A stretch of 44,557 nt of DNA from a virus. The notes under the pieces are model-generated. The model did not search any database and was not told the DNA's origin. It worked only from the letters and a program-made list of their open reading frames with translations. The translations under genes and the position numbers were made by a program. Shown here one piece after another: positions 1-7,477 of this stretch. The stretch is taken from IMG/VR virus record IMGVR_UViG_3300029997_000018; one strand, given 5' to 3'. The first letter of the stretch is position 1. Every line of letters starts with the position of its first letter.

Positions 1-127
1 CATAAGCCGTTTCGGGAGCCGCATCCGCCGCCGCATTCGCCGCATCCGCCGCATCCGCCGCCGCATTCGCCGCATCCGCCGCATCCGCCGCCGCATAAGC
101 CGTTTCGGGAGTAGGATTGGCGAGACA
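1..127. repeat. Terminal duplication, copy 1 (identical to 44431-44557)
   Basis: Compared base by base with the last 127 nt and found identical. This is typical of a circular assembly written with a k-mer overlap. Confidence 0.95.
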
Positions 128-397
128 GGCCTGCCCGGCGTCGATGGCGGCTTGAACGCGCGGGTCGGGATTGAGGTAGGCGACGGATTGAGCCTCGCCG
201 AGGGCGAACTCTACGCACTGGCGTTTCAGGCCGAGCCTCCCAGCAACCCACAATAGGTCGGGGATGGACACGCCGGCCGCCAGGGCTTCCTTGGCCGTGA
301 AATACTTCTTCCGGCCAAAGTCAGGGACCTTGTCAGTCGAGCACGGGCGCAAGGCCAACGCTTCCTCACGGGTGAGACGAATCGGGGTCTTGGACAT
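1..397 (-). CDS. N-terminal part of a junction-spanning Ala-rich tandem-repeat protein (199 aa after circularisation)
   Basis: ATG at 397-395 follows GGAGGA (407-402, minus sense ggaggatactATG). It reads [105 protein letters not shown]... and runs off base 1 in frame. It is absent from the ORF track because linearisation splits it. Confidence 0.75.
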   Translation of the reverse strand, partial: MSKTPIRLTREEALALRPCSTDKVPDFGRKKYFTAKEALAAGVSIPDLLWVAGRLGLKRQCVEFALGEAQSVAYLNPDPRVQAAIDAGQACLANPTPETAYAAADAADAANAAADAADAANAAADAAPETAY

Positions 398-694
398 AGT
401 ATCCTCCATAGGCATAAGCGCCTACCCGTCCACTAGCACATGACTAAGCGTTGTGCAAGGGACTTGTAAGCGTTGCGTAAGGATGGCTAAAAGTCGTGTG
501 AACCTCGGGGTGAGGACCAGCGCCTCAAGCGCTCGTGCGGACCGGAACACCGTGTCGGTACCCGACTATACCGTAATGCATTTGGGTTTGTCAAATGGGT
601 TAGGGCGTCCAAGCGTGCGACCTTGGGTCCAGGATATGGGGAAGGCTTGGAGGGCCTCCCCATATAGGTCCAGGTAGCGACGGGATATCGCCCG

Positions 695-868
695 TTAGGC
701 CAAGGAATAGGGGTTGAGAGCCCCATGGGCTTGCGCTGGATGGCCACAGCTTATCATTGTGAACATGCATCCGGCCACGGCCAGATACAGACAGATGCTG
801 AATAGGGCAATTGCTCGGCCGAACCAGTCCGGCCGCCGACGCTTGGATGGTCTCATACGGTAGGGCAT
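695..868 (-). CDS. Small membrane protein (57 aa)
   Basis: ATG at 868 follows GGAG (ggagctaagcatATG). It reads MPYRMRPSKRRRPDWFGRAIALFSICLYLAVAGCMFTMISCG..., a basic N-terminus followed by one hydrophobic helix. Confidence 0.5.
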   Translation of the reverse strand: MPYRMRPSKRRRPDWFGRAIALFSICLYLAVAGCMFTMISCGHPAQAHGALNPYSLA

Positions 869-896
869 ATGCTTAGCTCCTGTTACCCGGAATGGG

Positions 897-915
897 TTTC
901 TGTATGATACAGAAA
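897..915. promoter_or_regulatory. Perfect 19-bp palindrome TTTCTGTAT-G-ATACAGAAA (operator-like)
   Basis: The 9-bp arms are perfectly complementary. It sits between a terminator hairpin and the SD of the 868 gene. Confidence 0.4.
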
Positions 916-950
916 CGACAAAGCCCGCCCAGGTGTTCCCAGGCGGGCTT
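911..950 (-). terminator. Intrinsic terminator for minus-strand transcripts
   Basis: A 9-bp GC stem pairs AAGCCCGCC (921-929) with GGCGGGCTT (942-950). In minus sense it is followed by UUUGUCGUUUCUGU. Confidence 0.6.
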
Positions 951-973
951 ATCACGTATTCGTGAATAAAAAG

Positions 974-1153
974 TTAGTGGGTCTCGCACCACGTGATAAA
1001 GCGCTCATGGTCGAAGCGCGGATTGATCACCCGCAACGCCACTACAATGCGTGTCACGTCCTCATGCCATTGGTCATGCCGCAATTGCAGGAAACGAGAA
1101 GGCCTAGCGTCCGCCAAGGCCTGGGCAATCAACTCATAGTCCCGCTTCGTCAT
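974..1153 (-). CDS. Hypothetical protein (59 aa), below the ORF-track cutoff
   Basis: Reads MTKRDYELIAQALADARPSRFLQLRHDQWHEDVTRIVVALRVINPRFDHERFITWCETH. Its ATG overlaps the upstream TGA (ATGA coupling at 1153-1150). Confidence 0.55.
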   Translation of the reverse strand: MTKRDYELIAQALADARPSRFLQLRHDQWHEDVTRIVVALRVINPRFDHERFITWCETH

Positions 1154-1341
1154 GCGACACCCAATGCGCCGAGGAGGAGCGTATCGTGATAGTGCTCCGC
1201 CGATTGCAGGTCATCCAACGCACGGTCGACGGCGGGATAACCCTTGGCCGTAGGATTGGCCCGCCATGTCTTGTTGTAGGCTCGCTTAGCCGTGTCCATG
1301 CGGATACGCGCGGCTTTGATATCGTCGTCGATTTGGGCCAT
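1150..1341 (-). CDS. Hypothetical protein (63 aa)
   Basis: ORF-track entry MAQIDDDIKAARIRMDTAKRAYNK.... It is translationally coupled to the downstream ORF. Confidence 0.5.
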   Translation of the reverse strand: MAQIDDDIKAARIRMDTAKRAYNKTWRANPTAKGYPAVDRALDDLQSAEHYHDTLLLGALGVA

Positions 1342-1362
1342 TAGATTGCATCCTATGTTGTT

Positions 1363-1378
1363 CTGATGATCTCATCAG
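1363..1378. promoter_or_regulatory. Palindrome CTGATGA-TC-TCATCAG in the 1342-1419 intergenic region
   Basis: The 7-bp arms are perfect. A 5-bp hairpin lies nearby at 1397-1410 (ACGCC/GGCGT) and has a UUCG loop in minus sense. Confidence 0.35.
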
Positions 1379-1419
1379 TGTGCGCATCACGCACAGACGC
1401 CCGAAGGCGTTTCGACCTG

Positions 1420-1647
1420 TCAGTCCACTATGTAGTCCCCACCCTGATTTTCCCATAGTGCGTCGCAGAGGTCCGCGCCAGCGAGATATTCTTCCTTGAT
1501 GCCTAGATCACGCTCAAACTCATCGGCGTCGTCCCCTTGGACATACAAGGTTTTATCCAGGTCTTTGTTGGTGAGGGCATAACCAATGCCGAGCCCATAG
1601 CGCACTAGACGCCATTCGTTGTCTTCAAACAGGGTGAAACTGCGCAT
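1420..1647 (-). CDS. Hypothetical protein (75 aa)
   Basis: I chose the internal ATG at 1647 (MRSFTLFEDNEWRLVRYGLGIGY...). The longer track ORF (to 1746) would overlap the upstream gene. Confidence 0.5.
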   Translation of the reverse strand: MRSFTLFEDNEWRLVRYGLGIGYALTNKDLDKTLYVQGDDADEFERDLGIKEEYLAGADLCDALWENQGGDYIVD

Positions 1648-1652
1648 GTCGC

Positions 1653-1847
1653 TCACCCTTGGCCGCTGCAAGCCATGCCCAGAAGCATGACGCCGGTCAC
1701 GATGAACGCCACGCCCACGAATAGGACGTACTGGGCAATCACCCAACGCTTGGGTTGTGGCTTGCGGGGTTGAGGCCTGAAGGCCTTGGACGCTTCGATA
1801 TCGCGCTCTTGCGCCTCATAGTCGTCGCTCAATTGCAGGTGAAACAT
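1653..1847 (-). CDS. Small membrane-anchored protein (64 aa)
   Basis: ATG at 1847 follows GGAGA. The protein has a C-terminal hydrophobic helix, WVIAQYVLFVGVAFIVTGVMLLGMA. An alternative start is at 1895. Confidence 0.45.
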   Translation of the reverse strand: MFHLQLSDDYEAQERDIEASKAFRPQPRKPQPKRWVIAQYVLFVGVAFIVTGVMLLGMACSGQG

Positions 1848-2248
1848 GTGTGCATCTCCGTTGTGGAACGCCCTCATGCCGACACAATCGCTCATGTGTC
1901 AAGCCCTAATCGGCTCACATAGACCAAATCAATCACGTTGCACATGCTCATAGGCTCATCCTATAGCCCTGCCAGCCCCACGACGCTCACATGATCGCCT
2001 TGGATATCGCCCTGCAATCCAGGTGATCCATTCCACGCATGCGTGAACGACAATTTACATGTGTAATACCCTCCCAACCCACGTCAACGTGTGCTGACTG
2101 CAATGCGCAACCATTGATTGCGACCTGATCCCTGGTCAACGGCAATAGACCGGGGTGGGCCGGCGGGTGGGGTCGCCATAACGCGCGCGCGCCTATATTC
2201 GGGTGCCCTCTCTCGCACGCGGCGACTTCGAAATTTTCGGCGACCGGC

Positions 2249-2277
2249 TTGACAAAACGACCACCCAGGAATACACA
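2249..2277 (+). promoter_or_regulatory. Candidate sigma70-like promoter TTGACA-N17-TACACA
   Basis: TTGACA is at 2249-2254, the spacer is 17 nt and TACACA is at 2272-2277. An A/T-rich stretch, aaatttt, lies at 2231-2237. The predicted transcription start falls at or next to the terS ATG (2285). Confidence 0.3.
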
Positions 2278-2284
2278 GTGTCAC

Positions 2285-3007
2285 ATGAGCGCGCACATAC
2301 CCCCGACCGAACCCGCTGATCCCCGTGACATGCCAGATTGTCCGGAGTTCGCAGCCCTTGACCCCCGCCAGCGAGTGTGGGTCATGGCGTACCTCGACAA
2401 TGGCGGCAACCAAACTTCCGCCGCAATTACCGCCGGCTCACCCGAGGGCCACTCCTCCCGCGCATACGGCTGGCGCAACGGACACGATCCCAAAGTCTTG
2501 GCCGCCCTTCGGGTAGAGGCCGAGCGCCGGGGGAAACGCAGCGCGCCCTTCGCGATGCAGACCATCCTTGACATCGCGAACACACCGGGGCACAAGGACC
2601 AATTCAAGGCGGCGGTCGAGCTGCTAAACCGCTCCGGCCTGATCGTTGCCCAGAAGATCGACGTGGACCACACCCACCGCGACGAGACCAGCGCGGGAAT
2701 GATCAAGGAAATCAGTAACCTAGCCCGGACCCTTGGCCTCGACGCGACCAAGCTACTCGGCTCAGCCGGCGTCGTCATTGACGCAGAATTTGTGGAGATA
2801 CCCAATGACCGAGACCCTCAAGAAGCGGACGCACCGCGTCGGAACGAAAGTCGTCCGCCGGCCGAAGAAGCGCGTGCGCCGCGCCAGCTCACTTACCAAG
2901 ACGCCCCAGCAGACGAAAGTCCCGGCAACCGCTACACCGACGACAGTGGAGTGGACGGCGGACCCGATCCCAGCCTTGACGACTGGGCCTGGACGCCTGA
3001 TCGCTGA
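2285..3007 (+). CDS. terS: Terminase small subunit
   Basis: The motif LDPRQRVWVMAYLDNGGNQTSAAITAGS...KVLAALRVEAERRGKRS is typical of Terminase_2-type small subunits. The track start at 2249 is the TTG of the TTGACA box, so I used the first ATG. Confidence 0.7.
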   Translation: MSAHIPPTEPADPRDMPDCPEFAALDPRQRVWVMAYLDNGGNQTSAAITAGSPEGHSSRAYGWRNGHDPKVLAALRVEAERRGKRSAPFAMQTILDIANTPGHKDQFKAAVELLNRSGLIVAQKIDVDHTHRDETSAGMIKEISNLARTLGLDATKLLGSAGVVIDAEFVEIPNDRDPQEADAPRRNESRPPAEEARAPRQLTYQDAPADESPGNRYTDDSGVDGGPDPSLDDWAWTPDR

Positions 3008-3218
3008 GCTTCTGGACCTCGCCCAGGCTGAACGGGATGCCGGCCATCTGGGCCAAGACGCCCGCTATACGGCGGCGGCGCACCAGCTCAACGCGACGAT
3101 CAACTCCCTCGGGTACGAACACGCCGGCCGCTCGGTTGCATTTGACGACGCCCGCCGGCTCTACCTCCGTGCCAATCCGGGGACTGAGCCTTCGCTGGTA
3201 GACGCGTCGTGGCTGTAG
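2805..3218 (+). CDS. Hypothetical protein (137 aa) overlapping the terS 3' end out of frame
   Basis: GGAGA precedes the ATG by 7 nt (ggagatacccaATG). Third-position GC is clearly higher in this frame than in the terS frame over 2805-3007. It reads MTETLKKRTHRVGTKVVRRPKKRVRR.... Confidence 0.5.
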   Translation: MTETLKKRTHRVGTKVVRRPKKRVRRASSLTKTPQQTKVPATATPTTVEWTADPIPALTTGPGRLIAELLDLAQAERDAGHLGQDARYTAAAHQLNATINSLGYEHAGRSVAFDDARRLYLRANPGTEPSLVDASWL

Positions 3219-4663
3219 TCGACCCCAACGAGACGCGCCTCCTTGCGCTTCGGGACACCCTGCGGGCGGCGGCCGACCGGCGGAAGTTCCACCGGATGGA
3301 CTTCTTTGTCCCGTACCCAAAGCAGAAGCGCTTCCTAGACTTCGGCCGGACGCGGCGGGAGCGGCTTCTCATGGCAGGCAACCAGAACGGCAAGACGATC
3401 ACCGGCTCGTTCGAAGCTGCCTGCCACGCGACCGGGGGCTATCCAGCGTGGTGGGCCGGGCGGTGTTGGCAGCGGCCAACGAAGGGCTGGGCCGCTGGGG
3501 AGACTGGTACCGTCGTCCGGGACGTGAGCCAGAAGTACCTCCTGGGCGAACCCGGCGACAGCGAAGCCCTTGGGACGGGCATGATCCCGAAGGAGGACAT
3601 CCTCGACCTGTCCTTGGCCAGGGGTGTAACCGACGCCTACGACACCGCGCATATCCAGCACCGCACCGAGGGCGACAAGGACGGGACCTCGATCATCCGC
3701 TTCAAGTCCTATGAGCAGGGCCGGACGAAGTTCCAGGCCGATACCATCGACTGGTTCTGGTGCGATGAGGAAGCACCCATGGATATCTACTCGGAGGTCT
3801 TGACCCGGACGACGGCTACCGGCGGCATGGGGTGGATGACCTTCACGCCACTCAAGGGTCGGTCGGATGTCGTCCTGCGGTTCACTGATGAGCACGATCC
3901 GAACCGTGAGACCGTCACCATGACGATTGAAGACGCGGAGCACATCCCCGAGGCCGAGCGCCAAGCGATCATCAACTCTTGGCCGGTCCACGAACGCGAG
4001 GCACGGGCCAAGGGTGTCCCCATGCTGGGCAGCGGGCGCATCTTCCAGGTGTCCGAGGAAGCCATTGCAGAGGACACCCTGGAGTATATCCCGCCCTACT
4101 GGCCGAAGCTCTGGGCTATCGACTTCGGCATCGGGCACCCGTTCGCGGCGGTCCTGATCGCCTACGACCGGGACAACGATATCATCCACATTCTGCACGC
4201 GTTCAAGATCAGCGACCAGCTCCCGATCATGCACGCTGCCCAGATCAAGACCATCGGCCGCAACGTCCCCGTGGCTTGGCCCCATGACGGCGACAGCCGT
4301 GAGAAGTCGAACGGCGAGAGCCTTGCCGATGCCTATCGCAAACAGAAGCTCCGGATGCTCCCGCAGCACGCCACGTGGCCGGACGGCGGTGTCAGCACCG
4401 AGGCAGGCATCCTGGAGATGCAGCAACGGTTCGCTACCGGCCGGCTGAAGGTCGCCCGCCACCTGTCGGACTGGTTCGCCGAGTACCGCGAGTATCACCG
4501 TAAGGACGGCGTGATCGTTAAGGAACGCGACGACATCATGTCCGCCACCCGGATCGCCGTGATGATGAAGCGCTCGGCCCAGCTCGTCCAGCTCGGCGAC
4601 CGGCCCCTGGATCGCTCGCGCGAAGTCATCGCGGACGGGGTTGACTTCGACCCCTTCAATTAG
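3209..4663 (+). CDS. terL: Terminase large subunit
   Basis: Motifs seen are YPKQKRFLDFGRTRRERLLMAGNQNGKTITGSFEAACHATGGYPAWWAGRCW (Walker A-like GKT), WCDEE (Walker B) and a C-terminal nuclease-like region. The start is GTG and is uncertain. Confidence 0.85.
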   Translation: MAVVDPNETRLLALRDTLRAAADRRKFHRMDFFVPYPKQKRFLDFGRTRRERLLMAGNQNGKTITGSFEAACHATGGYPAWWAGRCWQRPTKGWAAGETGTVVRDVSQKYLLGEPGDSEALGTGMIPKEDILDLSLARGVTDAYDTAHIQHRTEGDKDGTSIIRFKSYEQGRTKFQADTIDWFWCDEEAPMDIYSEVLTRTTATGGMGWMTFTPLKGRSDVVLRFTDEHDPNRETVTMTIEDAEHIPEAERQAIINSWPVHEREARAKGVPMLGSGRIFQVSEEAIAEDTLEYIPPYWPKLWAIDFGIGHPFAAVLIAYDRDNDIIHILHAFKISDQLPIMHAAQIKTIGRNVPVAWPHDGDSREKSNGESLADAYRKQKLRMLPQHATWPDGGVSTEAGILEMQQRFATGRLKVARHLSDWFAEYREYHRKDGVIVKERDDIMSATRIAVMMKRSAQLVQLGDRPLDRSREVIADGVDFDPFN

Positions 4664-4694
4664 GTATCATGTCCCGTTAGCTCTGGAGGCTCCA

Positions 4695-4910
4695 ATGAAC
4701 CATGTCCTCATCTTTCTTCTGATCACCATCTTCCACTTCCACAATCCGCCCCAGTACGAACTAGCCCTCGCCCCGGCCGGCGCAACCGTCGCTGAATGCG
4801 AACAGGTCGCCGCCGAGACGAAGGCCAAGCTCCTGAAGTCGGACCCGACCGCCGAGATCAAGGACGTGGAAACGTCCTGCATCGTCCAACACGAAGGCAC
4901 CGCCAGCTAA
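4695..4910 (+). CDS. Small protein with N-terminal hydrophobic segment (71 aa)
   Basis: GGAGG precedes the ATG at 4695. It reads MNHVLIFLLITIFHFHNPPQYE.... The hydrophobic part is locally AT-richer. Confidence 0.5.
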   Translation: MNHVLIFLLITIFHFHNPPQYELALAPAGATVAECEQVAAETKAKLLKSDPTAEIKDVETSCIVQHEGTAS

Positions 4911-5143
4911 TGCCCCCGATCAACCCCAAGAACTTCGCCATCCCTGGGGCTTCGAACGACCTTGGCCTGGGTATCGGCGAGGGCGACCAGCTCCAGAACC
5001 AGCTTCAGGACGAGATCGCCCAACGCAAGAAGGCGAAGATGATCGGCGACAACACGCCGCAGCAAGGTATCTACGGTGCGAGCACAGGCTCGGCGTCTGC
5101 CTCGCTCGGCATCCTGAGCCAATCCCAAGGGGGCCTGGGGTAG
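4910..5143 (+). CDS. Hypothetical protein (77 aa)
   Basis: TAATG coupling to the upstream ORF. It reads MPPINPKNFAIPGASNDLGLGIGEGDQLQNQLQDEIAQRKKAK.... Confidence 0.5.
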   Translation: MPPINPKNFAIPGASNDLGLGIGEGDQLQNQLQDEIAQRKKAKMIGDNTPQQGIYGASTGSASASLGILSQSQGGLG

Positions 5144-6946
5144 ATGGCAGACGCAGCCCGTAACGACGTGACCGTTCCGCTGATCCAGTCGGAGCGCGAA
5201 CAACGCATCGTCCAGGAGACCTTGCAGGAGTTCAGCCAGATGCAGCTCTGGCGGAACACCTTCGCGGCCCAATGGGAAGAGGTTGCGGAACTGGTCCTGC
5301 CGACGAGCCGGAACACGTTCTTCTACGGGAACTTCAACTGGCCCGGCCAGAAGAAGACCGACCGGCAGGTTGACGCGTCCGCCATGATGGCCCTGAGCCG
5401 CTTCGGTGCGATCTGCGACAGCCTCCTGACGCCGCGCAACCAAATCTGGCACGCCCTGACTAGCCAGGACCCCGAGCTGAAGAAGGACCGGGACACCCGC
5501 ATCTGGTATCAGGAGGTCACGCGTCGCCTGTTCGCCCTGCGCTACCAGCCCATTGCGAACTTCTCCGCGCAGAACCAGAACAACTACCAGTCGCTCGGGG
5601 CCTTCGGCACGGGCGGCATGTTCGTGGACCAAGCGGTGGACGCCGCTGGCCGCCCCATGCGCGCGCTGCGCTACAAGGCGATCCCGCTCGGCGAGCTGTT
5701 CCTGCACGAAAACCATCAAGGCCTGATCGACGGCTTCATTCGCTGGATGCGGCTGACCCCCCGGCAGGCGTTCCAGAAGTGGGGCGCACGCGTCCCGCCG
5801 AACATCATCGCGGCCATGGAGAAGCACTCCGAGACGCCGTTCAACTTCCTACACCGCGTGATCCCCAACTCCGACTTCGATCCGTCGAAGGTCGACCAGA
5901 AGGGGATGCTCTACACGAGCTACTACGTATCCATTGAGGGCATGTCGCTGCTCCAGGAGGGTGGCTACAAGACGTTCCCGCTGGCGGCCAGCCGCTACGA
6001 CCAGACCCCCGGCGAGACCTACGGCCGGAGCCCGGCCATGATGGTCCTCCCGGCGATCAAGACCCTGAACGCCGAGAAGCGCACGTTCCTGAAGCAAGGC
6101 CACCGCGCGGCCGACCCCGTCCTCCTGACGGCCGATGACGGCCTCGTGGGCGTGTCCCTGCGGCCGGGCGCGATCAACAAGGGTGGCGTGTCGCCGGACG
6201 GCAAGCCCCTGATCCAAGTCCTTCCCTCCGGTCAAATCCAGATCAACAAGGAGATGATGGACGAGGAGAAGAGCCTGATCAACGACGCCTTTATGGTCAG
6301 CCTGTTCCAAATCCTCCAGGAGACGCCGCAGATGACGGCGACCGAGGTCATTGAGCGGACCAACGAGAAGGGTATCCTCTTGGCCCCGACTGTCGGCCGC
6401 CAGCAGAACGAATACCTCGGCCCCATGATCGAGCGCGAGCTGGACCTCATGGCAACCCTGCATCTCCTGCCGCCCATGCCGCCGGCTCTGCGTGAGGCGC
6501 GCGGCGAATACCATGTCGAGTACACGAGCCCCCTAGCGCGCGCCCAGCGTGCCCAGGAGGCCGCCGGCTTCATGCGGTCGCTAGAGACGGCCACGACGGT
6601 CGTCAACGCCACCCAGGACCCGTCCCACCTCGACGTGTTCGACCTGGACACGGCCCTGCCCGAGATCGCCCGCATCCAGGGGACGCCGGAGAGCTGGCTG
6701 GCGAATGACCAGCAGATCGCCCAGAAGCGCCAAGCGCGCGCCCAGGCCCAGCAGCGGCAGGAGCAAATCCAAGCCGCGCCGGCCCAGGCCGCGATGATGA
6801 AGGCTCAAGCGGTCCAGGCGAAGGCCGGGATGGCGAATGGCGTGGCCCAGGCCCGTGGTCAGCCGGCCCCGAACACTGGCGGTGGACAAGCTGCTTCGGT
6901 TCCTGTACAAGGCGGCAATGCACCCGGACCTGGAGGCCCGCAATGA
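5144..6946 (+). CDS. Portal (head-to-tail connector) protein
   Basis: It is 600 aa, sits after terL, and its N-terminal region (LQEFSQMQLWRNTFAAQWEEVAELVLP) resembles podovirus connector proteins. The C-terminal tail is Q/A-rich. Confidence 0.75.
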   Translation: MADAARNDVTVPLIQSEREQRIVQETLQEFSQMQLWRNTFAAQWEEVAELVLPTSRNTFFYGNFNWPGQKKTDRQVDASAMMALSRFGAICDSLLTPRNQIWHALTSQDPELKKDRDTRIWYQEVTRRLFALRYQPIANFSAQNQNNYQSLGAFGTGGMFVDQAVDAAGRPMRALRYKAIPLGELFLHENHQGLIDGFIRWMRLTPRQAFQKWGARVPPNIIAAMEKHSETPFNFLHRVIPNSDFDPSKVDQKGMLYTSYYVSIEGMSLLQEGGYKTFPLAASRYDQTPGETYGRSPAMMVLPAIKTLNAEKRTFLKQGHRAADPVLLTADDGLVGVSLRPGAINKGGVSPDGKPLIQVLPSGQIQINKEMMDEEKSLINDAFMVSLFQILQETPQMTATEVIERTNEKGILLAPTVGRQQNEYLGPMIERELDLMATLHLLPPMPPALREARGEYHVEYTSPLARAQRAQEAAGFMRSLETATTVVNATQDPSHLDVFDLDTALPEIARIQGTPESWLANDQQIAQKRQARAQAQQRQEQIQAAPAQAAMMKAQAVQAKAGMANGVAQARGQPAPNTGGGQAASVPVQGGNAPGPGGPQ

Positions 6947-7179
6947 TCCTCGCTACGCTAAGCCATGAAGGTGGCCTGACCGTCTTCCGCCGCTACGACA
7001 CGCAGCAGAAGCAAGGCCTGACCGATGAGATGATCATCGGCGTGGAAGGCGAAGTAATCGAGGTTCAGCCTGAAGACTTGCAGACCTTCCGCGAGAGACC
7101 CTACACGTATCCCTTCAGGGATCGGCAACCGGCCAACTGGAGAGAGGTCGATGGCAAAGAGTATCGAAAGAGAAATTGA
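6943..7179 (+). CDS. Hypothetical protein (78 aa)
   Basis: ATGA coupling with the portal stop. Confidence 0.5.
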   Translation: MILATLSHEGGLTVFRRYDTQQKQGLTDEMIIGVEGEVIEVQPEDLQTFRERPYTYPFRDRQPANWREVDGKEYRKRN

Positions 7180-7477
7180 AGAGATCGGCGCAACGCTGGA
7201 CTTTCTACGCCAGCGCAAGCGCGCCTACCAACTCACGTTCGGTTCGCCGGCCGCGCAGGAAGTCTTGATAGACCTTGCGTCGTTCTGCCGAGCCAACGAG
7301 AGTACGTGGCATGACGACACGCGGAAGGCCGACGTTTTGATCGGTCGGCGCGAGACGTGGCTGCGTATCCAACAGCATCTCAACCTCTCCTCTGAGGAGT
7401 TGATGACGCTCTACTCGGGCCGCCCTGTGGTAAGGCTCATCACCGAAGACCAAGCTGAGGAAGAAGACAATGGCTGA
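7151..7477 (+). CDS. Bbp19-like small head-module protein (108 aa)
   Basis: The pattern FLRQRKRAYQLTFGSPAAQEVLIDLASFCRA...GRRETWLRIQQHLNL and the position between portal and scaffold resemble the Bbp19 family of BPP-1-like phages. This is from memory, not a search. Confidence 0.45.
   Translation: MAKSIEREIEEIGATLDFLRQRKRAYQLTFGSPAAQEVLIDLASFCRANESTWHDDTRKADVLIGRRETWLRIQQHLNLSSEELMTLYSGRPVVRLITEDQAEEEDNG

Noticed and set aside
453-747. ORFs 453-677 (+) and 487-747 (-) in the early non-coding region
   Set aside because: Neither has an SD, third-position GC is only about genome average, and the sequences are low-complexity. The region is better explained as regulatory DNA.
897-915. A LexA/SOS box in the CTGTAT-G-ATACAG palindrome
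   Set aside because: The spacing is CTGT-N5-ACAG. This is neither the gammaproteobacterial CTGT-N8-ACAG nor the alphaproteobacterial GTTC-N7-GTTC direct repeat.
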